Positions 9,583 through 18,500 of a stretch of 41,367 nt of DNA are shown one piece after another. The position numbers were made by a program, and so were the translations under genes. Each line of letters starts with the position of its first letter. Position 1 is the stretch's first letter. This stretch comes from Deltaproteobacteria bacterium (GTDB taxonomy: Bacteria > Myxococcota > JACRCW01): NCBI GenBank assembly GCA_016218805.1, contig JACRCW010000012.1, positions 1 through 41,367 of the forward strand. Direction: 5' to 3'. The notes under the pieces were generated by a model, which was not told the origin of the DNA, did no database searches, and was given only the letters and a program-made list of their open reading frames with translations.

Positions 9583-9924
9583 GATGTGGGGCTCTCCGAA
9601 GGCGCGTTGACCTGACACCTGCACCCTAGGGTGGCCCGAAAAGGGGGGTCAAATTTCAGCCCGCTCCGGCGGCCGAAGATCGCGCGCAAGGCGGCGCTTT
9701 CAATGCGTTTTATGAAAGTCCTTCATGTGCTTTCTGAAGCCGGGATTTCCACCGATCCCGCACCCTGTTCGCAGGGGCCGTTCCCGATCCGATCCCGGAG
9801 GGGCCCGTGACCGGTGGAAATCCGCTCAGCGCTGCGATTTTCGCCGATTTTCGCGCGCTTTCTCGCGCTTGGATGGCTCCTTGGGGGGTGTGATGGGGTC
9901 CTGAGGACGGCGGGCGCCGCGGCA

Positions 9925-12045
9925 TCACCCGTTCTTGAGACGAACCACCGACTTGGACGCGCCGCCCGTCCGCCCCGCCGGGTTGCGCCCACGTCGACGG
10001 GAACCCTTCCGCCCCGCACCCTCAGGCCGCTTCACCCCCAGGCTCAACACGCCCTGGTCCTGCAGCGTCTTGATCGCGTCCCGCAGCTCCGCGGCCCGCT
10101 CAAACTCCATCGCCTTGGCTGCTTCCTGCATGTCCGCGCGCATCTTCTCGACGAGCGCCGGCACCTCCGCCGGCGCAATGAAGTCCCCACCGGAGTCCGC
10201 CGCCAGTGGCACGTCAAGGTAATCCATCGCCGCGTAGCCCATCTCCGTGTCGATGTCCCGGATGGCCTTCTCAATCGTCTTGGGCGTGATGGCGTGCGCG
10301 CGGTTGTACTCCGCCTGGATCGCGCGCCGGCGGTCGGTCTCCTCCAGCGCCGTCTTCATGGACGCCGTCACCTTGTCCGCGTACATGATCACGCGCCCCT
10401 CCACGTTGCGCGCGGCCCGCCCAATGGTCTGGATGAGGCTGCGCTCCGCCCGGAGGAAGCCCTCCTTGTCCGCGTCCAGGATCGCCACCAACGACACCTC
10501 CGGCAGGTCCAGGCCTTCGCGCAGCAGGTTGATGCCCACCAGCACGTCAAACACACCGCGGCGCAGCTCGTTGAGGATCTGCATGCGCTCCAGCGTGTCC
10601 ACGTCGGCGTGGAGGTACTTCACCTTGATGCCCAGGTCCGCGTAGTACTCGGTGAGATCCTCCGCCATGCGCTTGGTCAGCGTCGTCACCAGCACGCGGT
10701 GGCCCTTCGCAATGCGCGCGCGCAGCTCGCCCAGCAGGTCATCCACCTGGCTGCCCGCGGGACGCACCTCCACCATCGGGTCCACCAGGCCCGTCGGACG
10801 GATGATCTGCTCCACCACCACGCCGTGCACCTCGTCCAGCTCAAACGCCCCCGGCGTGGCGCTGACGTACAGCGTGCGCGCGCGCTCACGCCGCAGCACC
10901 TCCAGCTCCTCAAACTTGAGCGGCCGGTTGTCCAGCGCAGACGGGAGCCGGAAGCCGTAGTTGACCAGCGTCTCCTTGCGGCTGCGGTCGCCTTTGTACA
11001 TCGCGCCCAGCTGCGGAATCGTCTGGTGGCTCTCGTCAATCACCATCAGGAAGTCTTTCGGGAAGTACTCCAGCAGCGTCGGGGGCGCCTGCCCGGGCGC
11101 GCGCCCCGTGAGGTGGCGGCTGTAGTTCTCAATGCCGGAGCAGTAACCAATCTGCTCCATCATCTCCAGATCGAACATCGTCCGCTGCTCGAGCCGCTGC
11201 GCCTCCACCAGCAGGTTCTGCCCGCGCAGCTCCTGCAGGCGCACCTGCAGCTCGTCACGGATCTGCCGCACGGCGCGCTGCCGCTGCTCCACCGGCGTCA
11301 CGTAGTGGCTGGCCGGGTAGATGGCCACCTTGTCCAGGTCCTGGATCACCTTGGCCCGCAGCGGGTCAATCTCGCGGATGTGCTCCACGTCGTCGCCAAA
11401 GAACTCAATGCGAATCGCCTTCTCCTCCTCATACGCGGGGAACACCTCCAGCGTGTCACCGCGCACGCGGAACGTGCCGCGGTGGAAGTCGATGTCGTTG
11501 CGCTCGTACTGGATCTCCAGGAGCTTGCGGATGAACCCGTCGCGGTCCAGCCGGTCCCCCACGTTGGCCAGCGCCACCATGCCCTCGTACGCCTCCGCGC
11601 TCCCCAGGCCGTAGATGCAGGAGACCGACGCGACGATGATGACGTCGTTGCGCTCCAGCAGGCTCTTGGTCGCCGAATGCCGCATCCGGTCGATGGCGTC
11701 GTTGATGGTCGCGTCCTTCTCAATGTACGTGTCCGTCGACGGGACGTACGCCTCCGGCTGGTAGTAGTCGTAGTAGCTGACGAAGTACTCCACCGCGTTG
11801 TCCGGGAAGAGCCCTTTGAGTTCCTGGTAAAGCTGCGCCGCCAGCGTCTTGTTGTGCGCCAGTACCAGCGCCGGCCGGTTGAGCCGGGAAATCACGTGCG
11901 CCACCGTGAAGGTCTTCCCGCTGCCCGTCACCCCCAGCAACACCTGTGACTTCTCCCCCGCCGTGTATTGCTGCACGAGGGTCTGAATCGCCTGGGGTTG
12001 GTCCCCCGTGGGCTGGTAATCCGTGACGAGGCGGAAGGTGGCCAT
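9925..12045 (-). CDS. uvrB: excinuclease ABC subunit B
   Basis: [31 protein letters not shown] beta-hairpin, [15 protein letters not shown]-terminal UVR domain FERAAELRD. Confidence 0.98.
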   Translation of the reverse strand: MATFRLVTDYQPTGDQPQAIQTLVQQYTAGEKSQVLLGVTGSGKTFTVAHVISRLNRPALVLAHNKTLAAQLYQELKGLFPDNAVEYFVSYYDYYQPEAYVPSTDTYIEKDATINDAIDRMRHSATKSLLERNDVIIVASVSCIYGLGSAEAYEGMVALANVGDRLDRDGFIRKLLEIQYERNDIDFHRGTFRVRGDTLEVFPAYEEEKAIRIEFFGDDVEHIREIDPLRAKVIQDLDKVAIYPASHYVTPVEQRQRAVRQIRDELQVRLQELRGQNLLVEAQRLEQRTMFDLEMMEQIGYCSGIENYSRHLTGRAPGQAPPTLLEYFPKDFLMVIDESHQTIPQLGAMYKGDRSRKETLVNYGFRLPSALDNRPLKFEELEVLRRERARTLYVSATPGAFELDEVHGVVVEQIIRPTGLVDPMVEVRPAGSQVDDLLGELRARIAKGHRVLVTTLTKRMAEDLTEYYADLGIKVKYLHADVDTLERMQILNELRRGVFDVLVGINLLREGLDLPEVSLVAILDADKEGFLRAERSLIQTIGRAARNVEGRVIMYADKVTASMKTALEETDRRRAIQAEYNRAHAITPKTIEKAIRDIDTEMGYAAMDYLDVPLAADSGGDFIAPAEVPALVEKMRADMQEAAKAMEFERAAELRDAIKTLQDQGVLSLGVKRPEGAGRKGSRRRGRNPAGRTGGASKSVVRLKNG

Positions 12046-12077
12046 GGCCCGCCGTCGGTACCGTTGCGCGCGGTGGC

Positions 12078-12106
12078 TGGCAAGCCGCACCGCCAGTCCC
12101 TACAAT
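12078..12106 (+). promoter_or_regulatory. sigma70-like promoter for the peptide gene
   Basis: TGGCAA-17 nt-TACAAT, followed by GAGGAG RBS and ATG 12128. Confidence 0.45.
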
Positions 12107-12127
12107 GCGGCCCACCGAGGAGAGCCC

Positions 12128-12400
12128 ATGTCCAAGCGCAAGACGCCGTGGTTGGAAAACCCGTTCCGCTTCAAGACGTTTTTCGAATACGCGACGGGCC
12201 TCCCGCGCCACGCCTCCGGCAAGGGCGGCAAGAAGCCGGGCAAGGAGAAGGACAAGGGCACCGTCACCACCATGGCCGTGGGCGAGGAAGGCACCGGCAC
12301 GCCGCCGCCGCCGCCCGGCAAGACCACGCCCGCCATCGGCGAGGAAGGCGCAGGGGACGTTCCCACCACCACGATCGCCAAGGGAGAAGAGGCGGGCTGA
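12128..12400 (+). CDS. putative plesiocin-type graspetide (omega-ester RiPP) precursor peptide, 90 aa
   Basis: Strong RBS. Three TTxxxxEE cores (TTMAVGEE, TTPAIGEE, TTIAKGEE) follow an aromatic-rich N-terminal leader and GKGG. Confidence 0.7.
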   Translation: MSKRKTPWLENPFRFKTFFEYATGLPRHASGKGGKKPGKEKDKGTVTTMAVGEEGTGTPPPPPGKTTPAIGEEGAGDVPTTTIAKGEEAG

Positions 12401-12414
12401 TTCCTCCCCCCACC

Positions 12415-12473
12415 CGGGCGATGCCAAGGCATCGCCCGACCTCCCCCCGCACGCGGCCGCACGCGGGGGGAGG
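12415..12473. terminator. two tandem GC-rich hairpins between convergent genes
   Basis: CGGGCGATGCC-aa-GGCATCGCCCG (12415-12438) and CCTCCCCCCGC...GCGGGGGGAGG (12440-12473). Confidence 0.5.
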
Positions 12474-12477
12474 CAGG

Positions 12478-12543
12478 CCGCGCTTGCTTCCCTGCTCAAT
12501 ACCGCGCCTGCTTCCCTGCTCAATGCCGCGCTTGCTTCCCTGC
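12478..12543. repeat. 24-bp direct tandem repeat, about 2.75 copies
   Basis: CCGCGCYTGCTTCCCTGCTCAATR at 12478 and 12502, with a partial copy at 12526. Confidence 0.85.
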
Positions 12544-12547
12544 GCGC

Positions 12548-13453
12548 TCAGGAACTCCGGGTGGCCCGCGCCGCCATCGTCGTCAGCAGCTGCTCCAGTT
12601 CCGCCCCCGGGATGACGTACACGCTGCGGCAGAAGTCACACGTCGCCTCGGCCTGGCCCACCTCGTCAATGATCGCGCGCACCTCGTCCCGGCCCACCGC
12701 TGCCAGCGCGTCCTTCACCCGCTCGCGCGAACACGGGCAGAACCACCGCACCGCGCGCTCCTCCGCGTCCTTGTAGGCAGCACCGTCCACCACGCGCTGC
12801 ACGATCTCGTTGGGGTCCGGCAGCGGTCCGTCACCCAGCAACCGGGCCAGCCCGCCATCACGCAGGCGCGCCTGCGCGTCCTCCACCTGTTTCCCGTCGC
12901 TGCCGGGCATGGCCTGCACCAGCACGCCCACCGCCCGCTCCACCGCCGCGCGGTCCGCACGGATGCGCACGTCCGTGCCAAACGCGCTGGCCAGCTGCGC
13001 GCTCTGGTGCAGGTACGCCTCCACGTCCGCGTCCACCTCGCCGTCCACCAGTTCACAGGACCCGCGCACGTACTGCCCACCGTGCGGGTCCAGCAGCACG
13101 TGCAACAGCCCGCTGTGCCCCAGCCCCGGCGCCACCCGCGCCCGCGCGGACGTCCCAATGGGGATGAGCACCATGGGACACCGCACCGACCCGCGCACCG
13201 TGCCGGACGCCGCCGCGTCCACCGCCACCGCACCCAGGGGCCCGTTGCCCACGATCTGCAGGTTCACCCGTCCCTCGTCCCGCAGCGTCGACGAAATGAG
13301 TGTGGCCGCCACCATCGCACGGCCCAGCGCCACCGTGGCGATGGGCGTGGCGCGGTGACACGTGCGCGCCGTCTCCACCGCTCCGTCCATGACGGCCACG
13401 CTCACGCGCGTCAGCCCGTCCCGCGCCATCCGCCTCACCCAGCGATCACCCAT
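12548..13453 (-). CDS. hslO: Hsp33 redox-regulated chaperone
   Basis: ATVALGRAM, GNGPLG, GTVRG, LVDGEV.AD..YL.QSAQ and the C-terminal zinc motif CPCS...CDFC. GGAG RBS before ATG 13453. Confidence 0.92.
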   Translation of the reverse strand: MGDRWVRRMARDGLTRVSVAVMDGAVETARTCHRATPIATVALGRAMVAATLISSTLRDEGRVNLQIVGNGPLGAVAVDAAASGTVRGSVRCPMVLIPIGTSARARVAPGLGHSGLLHVLLDPHGGQYVRGSCELVDGEVDADVEAYLHQSAQLASAFGTDVRIRADRAAVERAVGVLVQAMPGSDGKQVEDAQARLRDGGLARLLGDGPLPDPNEIVQRVVDGAAYKDAEERAVRWFCPCSRERVKDALAAVGRDEVRAIIDEVGQAEATCDFCRSVYVIPGAELEQLLTTMAARATRSS

Positions 13454-13555
13454 GCACTCCCTCGACGTGGAAACAGTGTACCCAACCCGGGCGTGTCCCG
13501 CACCGCCGACGGGGACTTGTGACGTTTTCGCGGCGCGTGCTAGCCCGCGCGGCCC

Positions 13556-14470
13556 ATGCGCCTCGCCGCCGTCAGCGACCTGCACTACCCCGAAAGCGGG
13601 GCGGACCTGCCCGCGCTTGCCGCCGCGGTGCGGGACGCGCGCGCGGATGCGCTGGTCCTGGTTGGTGACGCGGTCAGCCAGTACCACCCGCCGCTCCTCA
13701 CTGAGGTGCTCACCGCCTTCACGGACGCCTGCCCCGTCCGGGTGTTTGTGCCCGGCAACCACGAGCTGTGGTCCCGCGAGGGCTCCACCGCGCGCCTCTA
13801 CGAGCAGTCGCTCCCGGACCTGTGCGAGCAGCACGGCTGGCACTACCTGGACGCGGGCCCCGTGTACGTCGGGGAGGTCGCCATTGTCGGCAACGTGGGC
13901 TGGTATGACTACTCGCTGACGGACCGGGTGACGTTTGCGGACGTACGCGTGGCACTGGGTGCGGAGGCGCTCAAGGCCATGCGCGGCAAGAGCTGCCCCA
14001 CCATGCCGCTGGGCGCACTCACCGACGAGCACCTCGCGGAGAAGTCGCTGGTGGTGGTGCCGCCGCCGCAATGGGCCGAGGCGGGGTTCAAACCCGCGCT
14101 GTTGCGCTGGAATGACGCACGCTGGGTGCGCCTGGGCGTGAGCGACGCGGCGTTCACGTTGGACTGCGCGCGCCGCCTGCGCGAACACCTGCGCCAGGCG
14201 GAGAACCGCGCGGAGCGGATCGTCGTTGCCGTGCACACCGCGCCGTTCCTGGAAGCGCTGCCCACGCCCGGCAATCCGGTGGAAGCGCTCACGCGCGCGT
14301 ACCAGGGCGCACGCGTGCTGGGCGAGGCGATAGCGGAGTCACGCAAGGTGGTGCTGGCGGTGCACGGCCACCGCCACCGTCCCGGCGTGCACGACGTCAA
14401 CGGGCTGCCGGTGATCAACGTGACCGGCCGGCCGGACCGCGGCGGGTCGGTGGTGATCCGTGACGTGTGA
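13556..14470 (+). CDS. calcineurin-like metallophosphoesterase
   Basis: SDLH, VGD, PGNHE, VHT and HGHRH motifs. Confidence 0.9.
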   Translation: MRLAAVSDLHYPESGADLPALAAAVRDARADALVLVGDAVSQYHPPLLTEVLTAFTDACPVRVFVPGNHELWSREGSTARLYEQSLPDLCEQHGWHYLDAGPVYVGEVAIVGNVGWYDYSLTDRVTFADVRVALGAEALKAMRGKSCPTMPLGALTDEHLAEKSLVVVPPPQWAEAGFKPALLRWNDARWVRLGVSDAAFTLDCARRLREHLRQAENRAERIVVAVHTAPFLEALPTPGNPVEALTRAYQGARVLGEAIAESRKVVLAVHGHRHRPGVHDVNGLPVINVTGRPDRGGSVVIRDV

Positions 14471-14487
14471 CCTCGCGCAGATCAGGC

Positions 14488-14518
14488 TTGACCCTCACGC
14501 TGCGTGAGGGCGTAGCGT
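14488..14518 (+). promoter_or_regulatory. MerR/TipA-type promoter-operator
   Basis: -35 TTGACC (14488-14493), 19-bp spacer, -10 TAGCGT (14513-14518). The dyad CCCTCACGC-T-GCGTGAGGG (14492-14510) lies in the spacer. Confidence 0.85.
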
Positions 14519-14525
14519 GCCCGGC

Positions 14526-15293
14526 ATGAAGCGGCGCCGCCAGCACAGCGCGCACACGGTGAGCGAGGTCGCCAGGATGACCGGGCTCAGCGTCCGCGCG
14601 TTGCATCACTACGACGAGATTGGCCTGGTGGCGCCCACCACGCGCGCGGAGAACGGTTATCGCATCTACGCGCAGGCGGACCTGGAGAAGCTGCAGCAGG
14701 TGCTGTTCTTCCGCGAGCTGGGCTTTCCGCTGCCGGAGATTGGCCGGCTGCTGGCGGACCCCGCGTTTGACCGGCGCAAGGCGTTGCGGATGCAGAAGCG
14801 GCTGCTGCAGGAGAAGGCCGCGCACGTGCAGGACATGCTCCGGCTGGTTGACGACGCGCTGGCCAAACTGAACGAGGGCACGGTGATGGACGCAAACGAC
14901 TTTGATGGTTTCAACCCCGCCGAATACGAGGAGGAAGCCCGGCAGCGCTGGGGCGACACCGACGCGTACAAGGAGAGCCAGCGCCGGACCGCCCGCTACA
15001 CCAAGGAGGACTGGAAGGCCATCCACCGCGAAATGGACGAGGTCAACCGCGCCATGGCGGCGCACCTGGCGGCGGGCCACAAGGCGGAGGAACCGGCCGT
15101 GCTGGCCACCGTGGAGCGGCATTGGCGGATGATTGACACGCGTTTCTACCCCTGCCCGATGGCGATGTACGCGGGGCTGGGGGAGATGTACGTGGCCGAC
15201 GAGCGCTTTGCGGCGAACTACGAGAAGCACGCGGCGGGGCTGGCGGTGTACATGCGGGATGCCATGAAGGCGTTTGCGGAGTCCCGGCGCTGA
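14526..15293 (+). CDS. MerR-family regulator with TipAS antibiotic-recognition domain (TipA/Mta-like)
   Basis: VSEVARMTGLSVRALHHYDEIGL...NGYRIY HTH. C-terminal YEEEARQRWG.TDAY.ES and GLGEMYVADERF. Confidence 0.92.
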   Translation: MKRRRQHSAHTVSEVARMTGLSVRALHHYDEIGLVAPTTRAENGYRIYAQADLEKLQQVLFFRELGFPLPEIGRLLADPAFDRRKALRMQKRLLQEKAAHVQDMLRLVDDALAKLNEGTVMDANDFDGFNPAEYEEEARQRWGDTDAYKESQRRTARYTKEDWKAIHREMDEVNRAMAAHLAAGHKAEEPAVLATVERHWRMIDTRFYPCPMAMYAGLGEMYVADERFAANYEKHAAGLAVYMRDAMKAFAESRR

Positions 15294-15307
15294 GCCACTT
15301 GGCGTTC

Positions 15308-17611
15308 TTACGCGAAGCCCGCGCGGCGCCGCAGCACCCACTCCAGCGCCCACAGCAGCGCGAACACAGCGCCCGCCTCCCAGCGGTCCCACAGCGGCTC
15401 CGTCCGACGGCGGTGCACCCGCACGCCCTCCGGGATCTTCCATTCCAGGCCACCGACGTCGTCGGGGGAGCGCACCACAGTGCCACCGGATGCCTCAGAC
15501 AGCGCCGCCATCAACTCCGGGCGCGGCGCCCCCTCGGCGATCTCGCGGTCACTCTGGCGCACCAGGAACGCGTCCTCGTCTGACCCCAATGAGCCCGCCG
15601 CGGCGCGGGCGGTGACCCGCGCGCGGTAGGCGCCCGGCCCCGGCGAGGGGACGCGGACCACCCATTCGCCCTCCGGGCCGGTGACGCCCTTCTGCTGCGC
15701 CACCGCGCGGTACGGCACCGCGGCGTCACCGCCTTCAAGGGCGCCCTCCAGCACCAGCTCCGCGTGCGCGCCGGGCAGCGGGCGGTAGGACGCGTCAAAC
15801 GCGCGCACCACCAGCTCCACCGGTTGGCCCGGATCAAACGCGCCGCCGCGCGCCTCCACGCGCACGCGGCTGAGCGCGGGGTCACCAATGAGCCACCGGA
15901 TGGCGTTGGCCCACAGCTCGCGGTGGGCGGTGCCGCGCCCGTCCGCGCCCGCGTCCGGCAACGCCCAGAACCACAGGTTGTCCGTCATCAGGGACAGCGT
16001 CCGGCCCTTGCCCACCTCGCGCACCGCCAGCACCGGCTGGTCCCGCGGACCGCTGCGCGGCGCGGGATGGGTGAGCAGCGCCTCGGCACCGGGCGCCAAT
16101 CCGTCGGTGAGGTTGAATCCCTCAAACTGCGGCAGGCGCCCCACCACGTCTCCCACGCGGCCACCGGGCAGCGCCATGATGGGGTGGCGGCGGCCGGCCT
16201 CCGTGACGGTGGGCGTATACGGCTCCTCCACGTAGTGCCCGCGGCCCGGCGGCAGGCGCACCGGCAACACGTCCGCCAGCACCGTGCTGTCATAACCCGC
16301 CTCGGAGAAGCTGAGCTCGCCGCCCACCATGGCAAACCCGCCGCCGTTGAGCACAAACTGCCGCACGTTGGGCAGGTAGGCGCCCATCTCATACGGGCCA
16401 AAGTTGAAATTCTGGAACACGACGACGTCAAAGGTGCCCAGCTCCTCGGTGAACAGCTCACGCGTGGGGAACGGAATCAATGACAGCTCATCCTGGCGCA
16501 CGTTGGCGTTGTCCGAGGGCGTGCGCAGGATGAAGAAGCTGATGAGGTCCACCGACGGGTTCTCCTTGAGCAGCCGGCGCAGGAAGCGCACATCCCACGA
16601 CGGGCGCCCGGCCACCTGCAGCACGCGGATGCGATCCCGGATGGTCTTGAGCGTGAAGCTGCGGCGGTTGTTGTCGACGATCACCTCGCCGACCTGGGCC
16701 GGCACCTCCACGGCGTAGACGGCCTCGCCCACGTCACGCGGCTCAAACTTGAACCGCGCCACCGCGCGCCCGCCCCCGCCAGGCAGCTGCACCTGCGTGA
16801 CCGCCACCACGCGCCCGTCCCGCCGCAGCGTGACCGGCAGGTCCAGGGCGTCATACCCGGTGGCAACCAGGGTGGCCTCCACCTCCAGCGGGTTGCGCAC
16901 GAACGCAAAATCATCCGCACGCACGCTCTCCACCGCGACGTCCCGGTAGCCGCGCTCCGCACCCAGCGCCACGGTGTGCACGGGCACGCCGGCACGGCGC
17001 AGCCGCTCCGCCGCCTCCAGCGGCAGGCCGTTCCCGGGCAGGTCATGGGTGTCCGCGCCATCAGAGATCAGCAGCACGCCGGCCAGCGGCTTGCCGGGGC
17101 GCCCGTCCAGGACACCGGTGAGCGCGCGCCACAGGTCACTGCGGTCCCCCGCGGGTGCCACGGTCCGCAGCGCCTCCGCCGTGGACGGCGCCAGCGCGCG
17201 GTCAAACGTCCAGGACTCCACGCTCACGGACGGGGGCAACCGTTGCAGCGCGGCGGCCGCGACGGTGACGAATTCACGCGCGCGGTCCATGCGGGTGGCC
17301 GGCGCCTCCCCGCCCGACGGCAGCCCCATGGAGCGGCTGGTGTCCAGCAGCACCGCCACGCGTCCCGGCGTGCTGCTGACCTGCTGCAACTGCAGGCCCG
17401 GCTCCACCAGGAGGGCGGCGCCGGCCAGCAGGCCCAGCGCCCGCAGGCCCAGCAGCAGGCGGCGCGTGGCCCCCGGCGCGGTGCGCAGCGGTCCGGCCAC
17501 CACCCACGCGGCCACGGCCAGCAGCACCACGGCGGCAGCGAGCACGGGCCACGGCCACGGTGACAGCGCCGTGATGCTCCAGTCGTTGTACGCGAGGTCC
17601 TGCGCGTCCAC
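15308..17611 (-). CDS. membrane-anchored vWA-like plus glutamine-amidotransferase-like domain protein
   Basis: N-terminal TM segments, LLDTSRSM MIDAS-like motif, LISDG, GGGFAMVGGELSF GATase1-like motif, C-terminal EWVLRRRAG. Follows DUF4159 gene. Confidence 0.8.
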   Translation of the reverse strand: MDAQDLAYNDWSITALSPWPWPVLAAAVVLLAVAAWVVAGPLRTAPGATRRLLLGLRALGLLAGAALLVEPGLQLQQVSSTPGRVAVLLDTSRSMGLPSGGEAPATRMDRAREFVTVAAAALQRLPPSVSVESWTFDRALAPSTAEALRTVAPAGDRSDLWRALTGVLDGRPGKPLAGVLLISDGADTHDLPGNGLPLEAAERLRRAGVPVHTVALGAERGYRDVAVESVRADDFAFVRNPLEVEATLVATGYDALDLPVTLRRDGRVVAVTQVQLPGGGGRAVARFKFEPRDVGEAVYAVEVPAQVGEVIVDNNRRSFTLKTIRDRIRVLQVAGRPSWDVRFLRRLLKENPSVDLISFFILRTPSDNANVRQDELSLIPFPTRELFTEELGTFDVVVFQNFNFGPYEMGAYLPNVRQFVLNGGGFAMVGGELSFSEAGYDSTVLADVLPVRLPPGRGHYVEEPYTPTVTEAGRRHPIMALPGGRVGDVVGRLPQFEGFNLTDGLAPGAEALLTHPAPRSGPRDQPVLAVREVGKGRTLSLMTDNLWFWALPDAGADGRGTAHRELWANAIRWLIGDPALSRVRVEARGGAFDPGQPVELVVRAFDASYRPLPGAHAELVLEGALEGGDAAVPYRAVAQQKGVTGPEGEWVVRVPSPGPGAYRARVTARAAAGSLGSDEDAFLVRQSDREIAEGAPRPELMAALSEASGGTVVRSPDDVGGLEWKIPEGVRVHRRRTEPLWDRWEAGAVFALLWALEWVLRRRAGFA

Positions 17612-17614
17612 GGG

Positions 17615-18370
17615 TCACCGCCGCCGTTTCTTGAGGATGAACGGGATGTGCACCTGGTCCTCTTTGTAGTCCAGGCAGGTGGCGTACATGACCAGGTTCA
17701 CGCCGAGCCGGAACGCGCGGTCGCGCTGCAGGTCGCCGCCGGGGACGACTTCATGCAGGTAGTAGCCAAAGTTGTCCCGCGCGTACGCGCCGCCGAGGTC
17801 ATTGACGGTCAGCACCGCGGCCACCCGGTTGTCCACGGTGATGCCCCACAGGTCCGGGCTGTTCACCATCCGTCCTTCAGCGCGGTCCAGCAGGTAGAAG
17901 CTCTTGAACAGCACGTGCTCGCGCGGAATGACGTCCAGCGGACGGTTGGACGTGAGCGCGCCAAGTTCACGGCGGAAGCTGGCGGCGGCCCCGCGGTCCA
18001 CCGCGCCGTCCACGCTGTCACACAGGATGAACCCACCAAACGCGAGATAACGCGCAAGCTTCTCCCGCGCGCGCGCGTCCAGCGGCGGGAACTCCCCGTC
18101 GGAGGTCCAGTACAGGAACGGCTGGTAGAACAGTTCGCGCGCGTCCGTGGTCACGGCGGTGGCGTCCGCGGCAACATCAATGGAGGTGCGCTTGGAGACC
18201 TCCCACAGCAGGCGGCGCATGGCCGTGGGGCGGGGATTCCAGTTCCCGCCGTGCTGGAGCTGGGCCACGGTGAAAGGGTTGTGACCGCCGGAGAGCGCGC
18301 GGGCCGCACCCGCGCCCAGCACCGCGGGGGTGGCGGCCAGCAACGCGCGACGGGTGAAGGCGCGGGACAT
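17615..18370 (-). CDS. DUF4159-family protein with Tat-like signal
   Basis: MSRAFTRRALL twin-arginine signal, PFLYW, L..YL..GGF, HVLFKSFY, FRLGVNLVMYA.C.DYK.DQVH. Confidence 0.85.
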   Translation of the reverse strand: MSRAFTRRALLAATPAVLGAGAARALSGGHNPFTVAQLQHGGNWNPRPTAMRRLLWEVSKRTSIDVAADATAVTTDARELFYQPFLYWTSDGEFPPLDARAREKLARYLAFGGFILCDSVDGAVDRGAAASFRRELGALTSNRPLDVIPREHVLFKSFYLLDRAEGRMVNSPDLWGITVDNRVAAVLTVNDLGGAYARDNFGYYLHEVVPGGDLQRDRAFRLGVNLVMYATCLDYKEDQVHIPFILKKRRR

Positions 18371-18500
18371 GGGAGGGTCATACCAGCCGGGGGCGGCAGC
18401 CGCCCGTGGCCAGGGAACCGTGCGGGGAGGCGGGACGCTGCGCTGCTCGTCAACCTTCCGGAGTTGCCCGTGGGCGCGGCGCTCTGGGATGGTGGCCGCC

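Noticed and set aside
12046..12127. SOS box upstream of uvrB
   Set aside because: No GAAC-N4-GTTC-like motif is visible in the intergenic region.
12478..12543. 24-bp repeats as a mini-CRISPR
   Set aside because: The repeats are directly adjacent with no spacers.
13454..14236. N-terminal extension of Hsp33 (562-aa ORF)
   Set aside because: It is antisense to the metallophosphoesterase. An RBS and the Hsp33 start lie at 13453.
12128..15293. Peptide, hslO, phosphoesterase and TipA as one RiPP gene cluster
   Set aside because: Orientations are mixed and there is no ATP-grasp, protease or transporter gene. The neighbours have ordinary independent roles.
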